Source of the DNA: an uncultured Candidatus Saccharibacteria bacterium
GTDB taxonomy: Bacteria > Patescibacteriota > Minisyncoccia > UBA6257 > GWB1-50-10
Assembly (NCBI GenBank): GCA_964449245.1
Contig: CAYUXY010000001.1
Span: 66,838-130,837, forward strand
DNA: 64,000 nt
Reading direction: 5' to 3'
Positions within the stretch are counted from its first letter, which is position 1. Each line of letters begins with the position of its first letter. The translations under genes were made by a program, and so were the position numbers. Below are positions 38,688 through 49,737 of the stretch, piece by piece. Under the pieces are notes generated by a model that did not search any database, was not told the DNA's origin, and worked only from the letters and a program-made list of their open reading frames with translations.

Positions 38688-39719
38688 TTATTCTTCGCTT
38701 GATATCGAGCCCTGCTCTTCAGACGCGATTTGGGTTTTCTTGCGTATTTCTGCGGTAAGTTTTTTGTCTTCTTTCATTTTTAATCTCACGTTGTCAAAAC
38801 CAACCCCGAGCTTTTCTTCTCCGAACGAAAAACTTGCTCCGGATTTTTTAACAACATTATATTTAAGAGCGGTATTTAAAATGTCCGCCTCATAAGAGAT
38901 TCCTTCGCCGTACATAATATCAAACTCGGCAATTTTAAACGGAGGAGCAACTTTGTTTTTTACAACTTTTGCTTTTGTTCTGTTTCCGACTATGTCCTCG
39001 CCTTTTTTGACTTGCGCAATTCTTCGAACATCAATTCTGACAGACGCATAAAATTTTAGAGCCATTCCGCCGGGGGTTGTTTCCGGATTGCCAAACATTA
39101 TTCCGATTTTCATTCGTAACTGATTTATAAAAATAATTATTGTTCCGGTTTTTGCCGCAATAGCGGTAAGTTTTCTTAATGCTTGCGAAAGTAATCGTGC
39201 CTGAAGTCCTATATGCATTGAGCCCATTTCCCCTTCTATTTCCGCTCGAGGAGTAAGGGCTGCGACAGAATCAACAACAACAATATTAATTATTCCGGAG
39301 CGAACAAGGCTTTCTAAAATATTTAATGCCTCTTCGCCGTTATCTGGTTGCGAAATAATTAAATCTTTTACTCGAACGCCGATTTTCGCGGCATATTCGG
39401 GATCAAGCGCGTGTTCTGCGTCGATGAACGCAGCTCTTCCTCCGTGTTTTTGTATTTCAGAAACCGCATGCAGGGCAAGGGTTGTTTTTCCGGAACTTTC
39501 CGGACCGAATATTTCTATTATTCTTCCTTTTGGAAATCCGCCACCAAGAGCGATATCAAGCGAGAATGAACCCGAAGGGATTGTTTCAACTTTTGCGCGG
39601 GAATGTTCGCCCAATGTCATAACCGAACCTTCTCCAAAACGAGACTGTAAAGATTCCATTAAAGAATCAATGTCGCTAATTGTACCGACGTCTTCTTTTG
39701 TTTTCTTTTTTGTTGTCAT
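38688..39719 (-). CDS. recA: recombinase RecA
   Basis: Walker [21 protein letters not shown] with the L1/L2 regions. 343 aa. Confidence 0.95.
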   Translation of the reverse strand: MTTKKKTKEDVGTISDIDSLMESLQSRFGEGSVMTLGEHSRAKVETIPSGSFSLDIALGGGFPKGRIIEIFGPESSGKTTLALHAVSEIQKHGGRAAFIDAEHALDPEYAAKIGVRVKDLIISQPDNGEEALNILESLVRSGIINIVVVDSVAALTPRAEIEGEMGSMHIGLQARLLSQALRKLTAIAAKTGTIIIFINQLRMKIGIMFGNPETTPGGMALKFYASVRIDVRRIAQVKKGEDIVGNRTKAKVVKNKVAPPFKIAEFDIMYGEGISYEADILNTALKYNVVKKSGASFSFGEEKLGVGFDNVRLKMKEDKKLTAEIRKKTQIASEEQGSISSEE

Positions 39720-39728
39720 ATGCGGATA

Positions 39729-40442
39729 TTATAATCCCTCCGGAGTGCCTGTGCTATATATGCTTTCCGGAATCGTTTGCCCGCTCTGCGCAGGATTGGT
39801 TACGACAGGCTCAAAAAATATTTGTTTTTCTATGGTATATTTTTTACCAAGAAATTTTTTAATTTCGAATTTTAATGTGTTGAATCCCGGCGAAAGAGTT
39901 AGTTCTTTTTCAAACGTTCCGTCCTCTGACGGATATATTTGTTCGCCGTTTAAGATAAGGGAATCTTTGACTTCTATTTTCCCGTTTAATTTAAACAGTG
40001 GCTCCGACACGACGGTGTTATCCCCTATTCCGCGAATAGAGAGTTCGGGAGTTTTAAAATATTCATAAAGACGAAAAAGAATATATATTGCAATTATTGT
40101 CGCGACAATTAAAAGCAATGATATTTTTTTATATTTTTTTATGCCGGCGAGAGATTTTCCGGGAAGTGAATCGTTCGCTCCGGATTTTCTTACCACGTTA
40201 GCTTCCTTGAAAAATTCTTTCCACACATTTTCTCCGTCAAAATCCAAAGTTTCGGAAATCTTAACGATGTATCCGTGTAGATATGGCGCCGGAGGAAGTT
40301 TTTCAAATTGTTCTTCCAAGAGAAGCAAGATAAACCGATCTGAAATACCGGTCGCGTTTGCCAGTTGTTCTATGGAAATTCCCTTGATTTTCATACCCTC
40401 CCTAAGAAGATCTGAAAATCTTTTATTGTTTTCTGATGGCAT
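39729..40442 (-). CDS. HTH (XRE-type) domain membrane protein, RodZ-like
   Basis: N-terminal HTH (GISIEQLANATGISDRFI) followed by TM (LLLIVATIIAIYILF) and an extracytoplasmic C-terminal domain. Confidence 0.5.
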   Translation of the reverse strand: MPSENNKRFSDLLREGMKIKGISIEQLANATGISDRFILLLLEEQFEKLPPAPYLHGYIVKISETLDFDGENVWKEFFKEANVVRKSGANDSLPGKSLAGIKKYKKISLLLIVATIIAIYILFRLYEYFKTPELSIRGIGDNTVVSEPLFKLNGKIEVKDSLILNGEQIYPSEDGTFEKELTLSPGFNTLKFEIKKFLGKKYTIEKQIFFEPVVTNPAQSGQTIPESIYSTGTPEGL

Positions 40443-40485
40443 CGGTTTTATATTACCGCGTCACCGATTGTTCCACAAGAAAGAA

Positions 40486-42579
40486 TTAAAGAAGAATTTC
40501 TCTCGGTTTTGCTCCATCTCCGGGACCTACGACACCGCGTTCTTCCATAATATCCAAAAGTCTGGCTGCGCGGGCGTAGCCGACTTTGAGTCTTCTTTGA
40601 AGCAGAGATGCCGATGCTTTACCAGCCGATCGTACGGTTTCTACAGCGTCCTCATATAAATCATCATCATCGGCCTTATCTTCAAATTCGTCGATATTTA
40701 AAGACGGGCGGTCATTAGCCTCCTCTATTGAGGCGGTGTTGATGTGTTCTGACGAGAGCGACGTATTATTGTCTTTAATAAAATTCACCACAGATTTTAT
40801 TTCTTCCTCGGTTATAAACGCTCCTTGTACACGTCGCGGTTTTGAAAGTTCTGAAGAAAGGAAAAGTAAATCTCCGCGTCCAAGCAATTTTTCTGCTCCG
40901 GCGGAATCAAGTATTGTACGCGAATCAATCTGACTCGCAACTTGTAGTGCGATGCGTGTAGTTATGTTTGCTTTTATAAGTCCGGTAATAACTTCAACGG
41001 ACGGTCGTTGAGTTGAAACAATCAAATGGATGCCGGTCGCGCGCGCCATTTGGGCAAGACGTATAATTGCACCTTCAACTTCTCGGCCGAATGAAGACAT
41101 AAGATCAGCGAGCTCGTCTATAACGATAATAATATACGGCAGGTCGTTGTGGTCTTTGTGATAACTCTTAATGTCTCGACATCCGGAATCGAGAAGCAAC
41201 TGATATCTTCTGTCCATTTCTTCTATCGCCCATCGAAGAGCTCCGAGCGCCTTTTTGTTTTCGGTAATGACGGGAGTTAAAAGATGCGGAATGCCACTAT
41301 ATATTGAAAGCTCAACGCGTTTTGGATCAACCATAATAAAACGAAGCATATCCGGAGAATTTTTAAAAAGCATTGAAAGAAGAATGGCGTGAAGCGTAAT
41401 TGATTTTCCGCTACCCGTAGCTCCGGCGACGAGAAGATGGGGCATCTTACTTATATCCTGAAACACCGGTTCACCGCTCACGTTTCTTCCGAGTCCGAAA
41501 GAAAGCGCGCCGGATTTCTGAAACTCTGGATATAAAAGAATGCTTCCGAGTCTGACTGTTGCCGCGGAGCGATTAGGAACTTCAATGCCAACGAGCGACT
41601 TGCCCGGAATCGGAGCCTCTATTCGTATTGGATGCGCGGCTAACGAAAGAGCAAGGTCTTGTCCCAATGCTGTAATTCGAGATAGTCGGACTCCCTCCGC
41701 AGGCTTAAGCGTATATCTCGTTACCGTTGGACCTACATTTACTTCGCCCATCTCGACAGAAATACCAAAACTCTCAAGAGTTCTTTTGATAACGTTTGCG
41801 TTTGCGCGTAAATCTCCGATTGTCGGTTTTTCAACAACGGATGACAGTAAAGAAATCGGAGGGGCTATATAATTTTTTATTGGTTTAAATTTCGGTTCGG
41901 GCATATTTGTGTCCATCGAAGAAGCTGCCGCGACCACATCGGTTTTTTCGCGCGTATCTTTTTTGTCGTTCTTCTTTTTTTCTTGAGTCGCTTGAACGGG
42001 TTCTGAAATCACAACTTCATTTTCGACTGCTTCGCCCTCAACTTTCTCTGTTCGTTTTTTAAGAAAATTAAATTCAGGCAAACGAAGATTTAGCGGTTTA
42101 TTAAGTATGATGAGAAAAGAGATTGTCAGAATTACAAGCATAATGACAAGCGCCGCGGGAATTCCAAACGGGATTTTTAGCGACCCTATGAGATGCCCTA
42201 CAAGCCCTCCCCTGCCACCGGCGATAATATCAATACATCCAAGCCCCGATAAAAATATTAAAATACTCGTTACGACTGTAATGCCAACCGTTCTCCTTCT
42301 TTCCTGTTCTTCTTCTGATATGAAAGAAAATGCGATTATAAAAAATATAAGAGGAAATAAAAAATATCCGAGTCCAAAAAGTTTTGAGAGACCGTGATAG
42401 ATTGATTTGCCGAGTGGACCGGCTTGACCTATTCCGGCTAAGAGAAAAATAATTGCTATGCCCAAGAAAAAAACAACGAGAACGGTTTTCAAAATATCTG
42501 GATGTAAAACTTCGGAGAGTTTCAGTTTGGTATTTTCAATTGTAGCAGGTGCGAATTTTTTCTTTTTGGTGCGTGACAT
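40486..42579 (-). CDS. ftsK: DNA translocase FtsK/SpoIIIE
   Basis: N-terminal TMs with Walker A LVAGATGSGKS. The C-terminal region is a gamma domain (RLKVGYARAARLLD). Confidence 0.9.
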   Translation of the reverse strand: MSRTKKKKFAPATIENTKLKLSEVLHPDILKTVLVVFFLGIAIIFLLAGIGQAGPLGKSIYHGLSKLFGLGYFLFPLIFFIIAFSFISEEEQERRRTVGITVVTSILIFLSGLGCIDIIAGGRGGLVGHLIGSLKIPFGIPAALVIMLVILTISFLIILNKPLNLRLPEFNFLKKRTEKVEGEAVENEVVISEPVQATQEKKKNDKKDTREKTDVVAAASSMDTNMPEPKFKPIKNYIAPPISLLSSVVEKPTIGDLRANANVIKRTLESFGISVEMGEVNVGPTVTRYTLKPAEGVRLSRITALGQDLALSLAAHPIRIEAPIPGKSLVGIEVPNRSAATVRLGSILLYPEFQKSGALSFGLGRNVSGEPVFQDISKMPHLLVAGATGSGKSITLHAILLSMLFKNSPDMLRFIMVDPKRVELSIYSGIPHLLTPVITENKKALGALRWAIEEMDRRYQLLLDSGCRDIKSYHKDHNDLPYIIIVIDELADLMSSFGREVEGAIIRLAQMARATGIHLIVSTQRPSVEVITGLIKANITTRIALQVASQIDSRTILDSAGAEKLLGRGDLLFLSSELSKPRRVQGAFITEEEIKSVVNFIKDNNTSLSSEHINTASIEEANDRPSLNIDEFEDKADDDDLYEDAVETVRSAGKASASLLQRRLKVGYARAARLLDIMEERGVVGPGDGAKPREILL

Positions 42580-42631
42580 AAATAAATTTTATACCATTTC
42601 ATTAAAGTTCAATTCGGAATAAAATTCAATT

Positions 42632-43951
42632 ATGGACTACAGCATCTTTAAGCCGTATGACATTCGCGGTATTTATCCAAGCTCTATTAATGAAGAAGTC
42701 GCGGCTATTGTGGCGAGAGCGGCGCTAAAGCTTTTCCCCAAGGGTAAGGTTGTTATAGCAAGAGATTCTCGCTTGAGCTCATTGGCTCTGTTTAATGCGC
42801 TAAAAAACGAGGCGGAAAGAATAGGCACGCATACTATTTTGGATATAGGAGAATCAACCACTCCGATGTTTTATTTTGCGGTCAGTCATTTACGGGCTAC
42901 AGGAGGCGTTATTGTGACCGCATCTCATAATCCAAAAGAATGGAATGGATTTAAAGTTGTCCGCGAAAATGCGCGTATGGTACAGGGGTTAGAAGTTGGA
43001 AATGCAGTTAAGCATATTCTTAGCGAAAAGGCATCGAATAAAATTGAAAAAACAAAAAGAAAAGAAGCCAAAAAAACAACGATTCTGGAAGAATACGCGA
43101 CTTTTTTAAGTAAAAATGCAGATTTTAAAAAACCTATGAAGGTCGTGTTTGATGGGTCAAACGGTCCGGCGGGTATAGTGCTTTCAAAATTATTGCCAAA
43201 TCTTATAAATCTAAAAGCTAATTCAATTTTTACAAAATCGGACGGTAACTTTCCGGGGCATGGGCCAAATCCGCTTGTAAGCGATGCGTTCAGTATATTG
43301 GCAAAAGAAGTGGTACGCCGAAAAGCGGATATCGGAATAGTCTTTGATGCCGATGCGGACAGGGCATTCTTTGTTGATGAAAAAGGAAGGGCAGTCCCCT
43401 TTTATGCAATATTAAAACTTTTCTCCATATTATATAAAGGAGCGTGCGTTGCAGATATTCATGCGTTTTATTCTCTTAGGGCTATAGGTGTAACAAAAAA
43501 TATTTGGGAAGCGCCGGTGGGCACTTATTTTATGAAAGCCGAAATGATTAAAAGAAATGCTGATTTTGCCGGAGAATATTCCGGACACTATTATTTCAAG
43601 GATTTCTTTTTTACGGACTCCGGAATACTTGCCGCAATTAATGTAATAAACGCGGTTTCAATGCTCCCCTACTCGTTGGGCGTGTTCTTAGATATGTTAC
43701 CTGCTGTCTATACTAATATGACAAATATAGAGACATCGTCCCCAATTAAACAACTTCTTGTCATAGAAAAATTTTACAAAGATAAGTGCCTATTGGTAGA
43801 TCGTACGGATGGAATCACAATAGTGTTCAAAAATATTGTTGTGACCGCACGTGCCTCCAACACAGAGCCATTGATACGTATATTTGTAATAGCTGGTACA
43901 GAGAAAGAGGGAAAAGCTTTAACACAGGAAATTAGATCTCTTATATCGTAA
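42632..43951 (+). CDS. phosphomannomutase/phosphoglucomutase family protein
   Basis: Active-site motif TASHNPKEWNGFK with metal-binding FDADADR. Confidence 0.8.
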   Translation: MDYSIFKPYDIRGIYPSSINEEVAAIVARAALKLFPKGKVVIARDSRLSSLALFNALKNEAERIGTHTILDIGESTTPMFYFAVSHLRATGGVIVTASHNPKEWNGFKVVRENARMVQGLEVGNAVKHILSEKASNKIEKTKRKEAKKTTILEEYATFLSKNADFKKPMKVVFDGSNGPAGIVLSKLLPNLINLKANSIFTKSDGNFPGHGPNPLVSDAFSILAKEVVRRKADIGIVFDADADRAFFVDEKGRAVPFYAILKLFSILYKGACVADIHAFYSLRAIGVTKNIWEAPVGTYFMKAEMIKRNADFAGEYSGHYYFKDFFFTDSGILAAINVINAVSMLPYSLGVFLDMLPAVYTNMTNIETSSPIKQLLVIEKFYKDKCLLVDRTDGITIVFKNIVVTARASNTEPLIRIFVIAGTEKEGKALTQEIRSLIS

Positions 43952-44159
43952 TGATTCCTCTTGCTGCTGGCATTGCGATTAATCGTTGAGAGTGAGTATA
44001 AGCCAGTTTAATCTCTATATTAAAACTGGCGATGCGTCTTTTAAAAGAGCTTAACTAAGAAAATCAGTTTTTATTGAAAAATCAAAAAAACCAGCTTCAA
44101 AATGTCACGGAAGCTGATAATGCGATGAAACCTACATTTTTCAAAAAATATGCAAAAAG

Positions 44160-44175
44160 TGTTTGTCGACAAACA
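44160..44175. promoter_or_regulatory. candidate operator palindrome TGTTTGTCGACAAACA (distal copy)
   Basis: Perfect 16-bp inverted repeat. Confidence 0.4.
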
Positions 44176-44237
44176 TTTTTATTAGAGAAGCGAGTAGTGC
44201 GATGAAACCTACATTTTTGCCAAAAACGCAAAAAAAG

Positions 44238-44253
44238 TGTTTGTCGACAAACA
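44238..44253. promoter_or_regulatory. candidate operator palindrome TGTTTGTCGACAAACA (proximal copy, ~20 bp upstream of yraN ATG)
   Basis: Perfect 16-bp inverted repeat that extends to 18 bp as GTGTTTGTCGACAAACAC. Confidence 0.4.
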
Positions 44254-44269
44254 CTTTATAACAAAAAAA

Positions 44270-44638
44270 ATGAGTAAAAAAGAATTAGGAAAAATTGGAG
44301 AAAAATATGCCTGTGATTTTTTAATAAAAGAAGGGTATAACATTTTGGAGAAAAACATCCGACTTTGTATTGGGGAAATAGATATAGTGGCTAAAGAAAA
44401 GAATAATATGATAGTTTTTGTAGAAGTTAAAACGTTAAGCGGATTTTATCCGAATGGTTTCTGTCCGGAAGATCATATGACCACTGCAAAAATGAATAAA
44501 TATTCAAAAATGGCATTGTTGTATGCAAATATGCATCCGGAGCTAATTATGAACGAGGTTGGTTATAGAATAGATTTAATTGCGCTGTCCGCGGTTGGGA
44601 ATGATTTTATCGCGCACCATTATAAAAATATTTGTTGA
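44270..44638 (+). CDS. yraN: YraN/UPF0102 family endonuclease
   Basis: Carries LGKIGEKYACDFLIKEGYNIL and IDIVAKEKNNMIVFVEVK. Start moved to the ATG at 44270 because the listed ORF begins at a GTG inside the palindrome. Confidence 0.7.
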   Translation: MSKKELGKIGEKYACDFLIKEGYNILEKNIRLCIGEIDIVAKEKNNMIVFVEVKTLSGFYPNGFCPEDHMTTAKMNKYSKMALLYANMHPELIMNEVGYRIDLIALSAVGNDFIAHHYKNIC

Positions 44639-44745
44639 CAGCAAGGTTTGTGCATAGTAAAATATATATGTTAATGACCGCTCCTTCGTGAGCGGAAATT
44701 TATTAAAGGTCATCTAATAATAAAAGGTCAATAAAAATTAATATT

Positions 44746-45945
44746 ATGGATATAAAGTCATTAGGTGCGGCGATTGAACAAATTGCTGCAGAAAAAGGTA
44801 TTTCTCCGGACAGGGTGAAAGAAGCGGTTGAGTCGGCTATAGCGGTAGCATACAAAAGAGAGTATCGAAAAAAAGCGGAAGTCATTCGATCAAAATTTGA
44901 TTTTAAAACAGGAGAGATAAAATTCTGGCAGGTTAAAACCGTAGTTAGTCCTGACGAGGTTCGTATTGTAGAGGAAGAAGAAATGGAACCGGATCAAACT
45001 TTAAACGTAGATCAGGAAGGCGATGAAAATATTTTACCAAGATATAACGAAGATCGGCACATTTTTATTGAAGATGCAAAAAAAATAAAAAAAGACGCAA
45101 AGTCTGGTGATGAATTGGAATTTCCATTGGAGGCGCACGCAGACTTTGGAAGAATCGCGGCGCAAACCGCGAAGCAGGTAATATTGCAAAGTATTCGTGA
45201 GGCGGAAAGGAAATCTATTCAACAAGAATTTGCAGACAAGGAAGGGGAAATCGTAAGCGGTGTTATACAAAGATTTGAAAGGGGAAATGTGTTTGTTGAT
45301 TTAGGTCGAGCAGTCGGAATAATTTTTCCAAACGAATGTATTCCAAGTGAGCACTATCGGGTCGGACAGAGAATGAGATTTTATGTACTCGCGGTTCAAG
45401 ACGATCCGCGTCGTCCGGGCATTGTTTTATCGCGCGCGCATCCGAATTTTGTATTGAAACTTTTTGAGCTTGAAATTCCGGAAATGATTGACGGGATAGT
45501 TGAAATTAAAAACATTGCGCGAGAACCAGGGAGCAGAACCAAAATATCTGTCGCATCAAATCAAGAAGGTGTTGACCCCGTAGGATCTGCGGTTGGCCAG
45601 AGAGGAATGCGTGTTATGGCGGTTACTAACGAACTCGGAAATGAAAAGATAGATATTGTGGAATGGTCTGAGGATGTAGAAAAATTTATTGCGAATTCTC
45701 TTTCTCCTGCAAAAGTAAAACTTGTTGAGATACTCCCGCGTAGAGAAGCGAGAGTGCTCGTTGCGGAAGATCAGTTGTCGCTCGCTATAGGAAAGGGAGG
45801 ACAAAACGTTCGTCTTGCGGCAAAACTTACCGGATGGAAAATAGATGTTCGTTCGCAATCCAATCCGGATGAAGTGCAGGAGGGAGGAATAGCTACGGTT
45901 GAAGTCGATGCGACAACCGATAATAAAAACGTCGAAGATAAATAA
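44746..45945 (+). CDS. nusA: transcription termination/antitermination factor NusA
   Basis: N-terminal domain followed by S1 and two KH domains (GQRGMRVMAV, IGKGGQNVRLA). Confidence 0.85.
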   Translation: MDIKSLGAAIEQIAAEKGISPDRVKEAVESAIAVAYKREYRKKAEVIRSKFDFKTGEIKFWQVKTVVSPDEVRIVEEEEMEPDQTLNVDQEGDENILPRYNEDRHIFIEDAKKIKKDAKSGDELEFPLEAHADFGRIAAQTAKQVILQSIREAERKSIQQEFADKEGEIVSGVIQRFERGNVFVDLGRAVGIIFPNECIPSEHYRVGQRMRFYVLAVQDDPRRPGIVLSRAHPNFVLKLFELEIPEMIDGIVEIKNIAREPGSRTKISVASNQEGVDPVGSAVGQRGMRVMAVTNELGNEKIDIVEWSEDVEKFIANSLSPAKVKLVEILPRREARVLVAEDQLSLAIGKGGQNVRLAAKLTGWKIDVRSQSNPDEVQEGGIATVEVDATTDNKNVEDK

Positions 45946-45978
45946 CAACACAAAAATATCAATTAGTCAATTATATAT

Positions 45979-47955
45979 ATGTATTACGCAATTTTTATTC
46001 CAATAGCATTAGCATTAGCTTATGCAGCATATCTCATCGGATGGCTTTCAAAACAACCGTCCGGAAATGAGAAAATGGTTTCTATATCAAAAGCAATTCA
46101 AGACGGATCAAAAGCGTATTTGAATCGCCAATATAAAACAGTGGGAATAGTTTCAGTTATAGTATTTTTTGTTATAGGTTTTTCTTTGGGTTGGTTAACC
46201 GCGCTCGGGTTTTTAATAGGTGCTTTTATTTCCGCGCTTGCGGGATACATCGGAATGAATGTGTCGGTAAGAGCAAATACGAAAACGGCCGAAGCCGCAA
46301 GAAAAGGATTGAGTCCCGCGTTGTCTTTGGCTTTTAAAGCCGGATCCGTAACCGGATTACTTGTCGTAGCACTTGGTTTACTTGCGGTTGCCGGATTTTA
46401 TATGTTGTCGGGAATGGATGTGAGATCACTTATAGGGCTCGGTTTTGGCGCGAGTTTGATTTCGATATTCGCGAGACTTGGAGGAGGAATTTTTACGAAA
46501 GCCGCTGACGTTGGAACGGATTTGGTTGGTAAAGTTGAAGCGGGAATTCCGGAAGATGATCCGAGAAACCCCGGCGTGATAGCCGACAACGTTGGAGATA
46601 ACGTAGGGGATTGCGCAGGTATGGCGGCCGATCTTTTTGAAACATACGCGGTTACTTTAACTGCGGCTGTAATATTGGGAACCGCGCTTGCATATTCCGG
46701 AGTACAATTACTCTTTCCTTTCGTGCTCGGAGGACTGGCCATAATCGCATCTATTATAGGAGCGTTTTTTGTTAAGATAGGTAAGAGTCAAAATATAATG
46801 AACGCTCTATATAAAGGTTTGACTGCCGCATTGATAGCATCGGCGATTTTATTTTTCGGAGCGTCAAAAATTTATTTTGGTAATCACTATCTTCTCGCTT
46901 TCGTTCCGGCATTAATAGGATTGGCCGTGACAGCATTAATGGTTGTAATAACAGACTATTATACTGCGAAGAAATATAGGCCGGTAAAAAGTATCGCAGA
47001 AGCGTCAAAGTCGGGACATGGCACGAATATTATTATTGGACTGTCTGTAGGAATGGAAGCGACTTTTCTTCCTATCGTTGTAATCGTTCTTGGAATACTT
47101 GGCGCGTATGCAATTTCAGGCATCTACGGAATTTCGATTGCCGCAGTTTCCATGCTTTCTGTCGCCGGTATTGTTGTCGCGATCGATTCTTTTGGTCCTG
47201 TAACTGATAACGCCGGAGGAATTGCAGAAATGAGCGAAGCTCCGGAGGAAGTCAGAAAAATTACGGACGCGCTTGATTCAGTTGGAAATACGACAAAAGC
47301 TGTAACAAAAGGATATGCAATAGCATCGGCCGGATTAGCGGCACTCGTACTTTTCGCCGGATATGCGGAAGAAATTGCCGCGAGAACCGGCAACGCGGTA
47401 AGCTTTGATATTCAGAACCACTTAGTAATCGTTGGACTGTTTATCGGCGGAGCCATCCCGTATCTCTTTGGTTCTATCGCAATGAAGTCTGTAGGAAAAG
47501 CGGCTGGCGCGATAGTCGAAGAAATTCGCAGGCAGTTCCGCGAAATCAAAGGTATTATGGATGGCACAGGAAAGCCGGAATACGGCAAGGCTGTTGACAT
47601 AGTAACGCGCGCCGCATTGAAAGAAATGATTGTTCCGGCAATATTGCCAATAGTCGCGGTTCTGATTGTGGGATTTGCGCTCGGCGAGCAAGCGCTCGGC
47701 GGAATGTTGATAGGCGCTATAATTTCCGGACTTTTTATAGCGTTGTCTATGACGTCGGGTGGAGCTGCTTGGGATAACGCAAAGAAATATATTGAAGATG
47801 GAAATTTTGGAGGTAAGGGGTCTGATGCTCACAAGGCAGCCGTGACGGGGGATACTGTAGGAGATCCATATAAAGATACGGCGGGTCCGGCGATTAATCC
47901 TCTTATTAAGGTTATGAATATTGTCGCTTTGCTTATTATTCCGTTTCTTCTTTAG
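45979..47955 (+). CDS. hppA: membrane-bound H+/Na+-translocating pyrophosphatase
   Basis: Sixteen-TM-type protein with motifs [16 protein letters not shown] and [13 protein letters not shown]. Confidence 0.9.
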   Translation: MYYAIFIPIALALAYAAYLIGWLSKQPSGNEKMVSISKAIQDGSKAYLNRQYKTVGIVSVIVFFVIGFSLGWLTALGFLIGAFISALAGYIGMNVSVRANTKTAEAARKGLSPALSLAFKAGSVTGLLVVALGLLAVAGFYMLSGMDVRSLIGLGFGASLISIFARLGGGIFTKAADVGTDLVGKVEAGIPEDDPRNPGVIADNVGDNVGDCAGMAADLFETYAVTLTAAVILGTALAYSGVQLLFPFVLGGLAIIASIIGAFFVKIGKSQNIMNALYKGLTAALIASAILFFGASKIYFGNHYLLAFVPALIGLAVTALMVVITDYYTAKKYRPVKSIAEASKSGHGTNIIIGLSVGMEATFLPIVVIVLGILGAYAISGIYGISIAAVSMLSVAGIVVAIDSFGPVTDNAGGIAEMSEAPEEVRKITDALDSVGNTTKAVTKGYAIASAGLAALVLFAGYAEEIAARTGNAVSFDIQNHLVIVGLFIGGAIPYLFGSIAMKSVGKAAGAIVEEIRRQFREIKGIMDGTGKPEYGKAVDIVTRAALKEMIVPAILPIVAVLIVGFALGEQALGGMLIGAIISGLFIALSMTSGGAAWDNAKKYIEDGNFGGKGSDAHKAAVTGDTVGDPYKDTAGPAINPLIKVMNIVALLIIPFLL

Positions 47956-47974
47956 TCACGAACGTTGTTATTGT

Positions 47975-48025
47975 CTCCCCAGCCGTTTTTTGTGAGAAAA
48001 CGGCTGGGGAGAATTGTTTTATTTG
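47975..48025 (+). terminator. rho-independent terminator after hppA
   Basis: Perfect 15-bp stem ctccccagccgtttt/aaaacggctggggag with loop ttgtgag followed by a T-rich tail. Confidence 0.7.
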
Positions 48026-48060
48026 CGACTCTTTGTTATTGTTGTCGTAAAGTTGGTATT

Positions 48061-48531
48061 ATGACAAAAGAAAAAATCAGAGAAAAAATTATTGCGAAAC
48101 TCTCAAAAGAAATTGCGGATTTGGAAGACGCGCAAAAGAACATAACTAACGATGATTCAGATTCGGGAAAATCAAGAGAGAAGAATTTAAAATTCGCCGA
48201 CAGAGTTGCCGAAGAAAGAATAGGTTCAATTTTAAACGAGAGGAAAAGTTTTCTGGATGAAGCAAAAAAGGTTTTACTTCCTGAAAAATTAGAAAGCATA
48301 CAGGTTGGAGCTTGTTTTGTTGTCTCAGAGAATGACGTAGATAAGAAATACATAATGTTTGCCACTGGTTTTGGCGTAGAGATATGGGACGATGAAACGC
48401 TCGATTCATATACCATAGCAATTCCAGAGAGCACGCTCGGACGGATTCTTGTTGGCAAAAAGAGGGGACAGTCCGCTGTTCTCCGCATAGGTCAAAAAAC
48501 CAAAAACCTCCTTGTGAAGGAGGTTTGGTAA
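48061..48531 (+). CDS. GreA/GreB-family transcription elongation factor-like protein
   Basis: Coiled-coil N-terminal region. The C-terminal ESTLGRILVGKKRGQSAVL resembles the GreA FKBP-like domain. Start set at MTKEK. Confidence 0.55.
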   Translation: MTKEKIREKIIAKLSKEIADLEDAQKNITNDDSDSGKSREKNLKFADRVAEERIGSILNERKSFLDEAKKVLLPEKLESIQVGACFVVSENDVDKKYIMFATGFGVEIWDDETLDSYTIAIPESTLGRILVGKKRGQSAVLRIGQKTKNLLVKEVW

Positions 48532-48549
48532 ATTTCCGCGCGTATCTGA

Positions 48550-48996
48550 TTAATCCATTTTAACTTTCAACTTTTTGGCTTTCTTTCTGTCGAGTTTTGG
48601 CATAATAACGGTTAACACCCCGTTCTTTAATGATGCGGTCGATTGTTCCGGATCAACTTCTGCAGGCAGGATAATTGATCTGGAAAATTTTCCCCAAAAG
48701 CATTCCTGATAAAAATAATCTTTCTCTTCCACTTCTTCCGTTCTTTCTCTCCGTCCATGTATGGTGATTGATTCATTTGTGATATTCACCTCTAAATCGT
48801 TCGAATCGACTCCGGCGACGGTAGATTGTACGATGATACTATCTTCGTTTTGATACACATCAACAGTCAGCTGTCCTTCCGCTTCTTCTTCAGCGTCAAA
48901 AGAATTTTCTTCTGACAAAACGGACACCGGCATCGGTTTTGTTTTTGCTTTCGCAAGCTCCATAAAAATATTATTGTTGTTTTCTTCGTTAATCAT
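48550..48996 (-). CDS. Hsp20/alpha-crystallin family small heat-shock protein
   Basis: Alpha-crystallin domain with LTVDVYQNEDSIIV, ITIHGRRE and ASLKNGVLTVIMPK. Confidence 0.8.
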   Translation of the reverse strand: MINEENNNNIFMELAKAKTKPMPVSVLSEENSFDAEEEAEGQLTVDVYQNEDSIIVQSTVAGVDSNDLEVNITNESITIHGRRERTEEVEEKDYFYQECFWGKFSRSIILPAEVDPEQSTASLKNGVLTVIMPKLDRKKAKKLKVKMD

Positions 48997-49014
48997 ACTT
49001 TTAGTATATCATAA

Positions 49015-49728
49015 TTATTTTTGAGAGAACGGTATTTTCATTGACCTAAGTTTTTCAAATTCGATTAAGACTATAAGTGCAACTGCAATTAAGAAAAGAC
49101 TCGGATATATGAGTAGATTTTGATTTTGAAAAATTACTATAAGTCTGTTAAACGCGGTATGAATCAATGTCGCGGTAATAATTCCAATCGGAATAAAAAT
49201 AATGTTTTTCTTCGATATGTGTCCTTTTGCCCAATAATATCCGACAAGCGCGGAAGCGAGGGTGTGTAAAAGCGAGGCCCCTATGAATCTGATTACTGCG
49301 AGTTCAAATATTTCCGATACCGAAATGACGGAATAAATATCGAGAAAAAAGTTTGCAAATACAAAAATGTTTTCAACCGTCGCAAAGCCAAGCGCCGCAA
49401 CTACCATATAAATCATAGCGTCTACGGGTTCATCAAACGACGCATCTTTTCTGACGGATGCATATGTCGCAATGAATTTAAACAACTCTTCTATAAAAGC
49501 AAAAGAGACGAGGGCAATAAGCCCGTTTTTCTGCGATACGAAAGCGGAATTTTGCAGTATGAATTGCAAAAGCAGTACTATCGCGCTTATGAATACGCCG
49601 GAACTGAATATATAAATGAGGAGCCTTCTTGGCTCTGGGTTGGCGTCTTCTTTTAAAAAAAACGTAAGCCATACAATGGCAGGAATACACGCAATTATGA
49701 GAGCTACAAAGATCGTTAGTATGTCCAT
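49015..49728 (-). CDS. PrsW-like intramembrane metalloprotease
   Basis: Multi-TM protein with FAFIEELFKF (EExxK), a FATVEN motif and an LLHTLASALVGYYW histidine motif. Confidence 0.5.
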   Translation of the reverse strand: MDILTIFVALIIACIPAIVWLTFFLKEDANPEPRRLLIYIFSSGVFISAIVLLLQFILQNSAFVSQKNGLIALVSFAFIEELFKFIATYASVRKDASFDEPVDAMIYMVVAALGFATVENIFVFANFFLDIYSVISVSEIFELAVIRFIGASLLHTLASALVGYYWAKGHISKKNIIFIPIGIITATLIHTAFNRLIVIFQNQNLLIYPSLFLIAVALIVLIEFEKLRSMKIPFSQK

Positions 49729-49737
49729 ATATATCGG

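Larger units (their letters stand above)
44108..44260 (+). repeat. tandem ~76-bp direct repeat (x2), each copy containing a 16-18-bp perfect palindrome
   Basis: gcgatgaaacctacattttt...aaaaagtgtttgtcgacaaaca occurs twice. The palindrome TGTTTGTCGACAAACA is at 44160-44175 and 44238-44253. Confidence 0.8.

Noticed and set aside
44237-44269. GTG start of yraN as listed in the ORF track
   Set aside because: The GTG lies inside the 18-bp palindrome/operator. An ATG at 44270 gives a protein of canonical YraN length.
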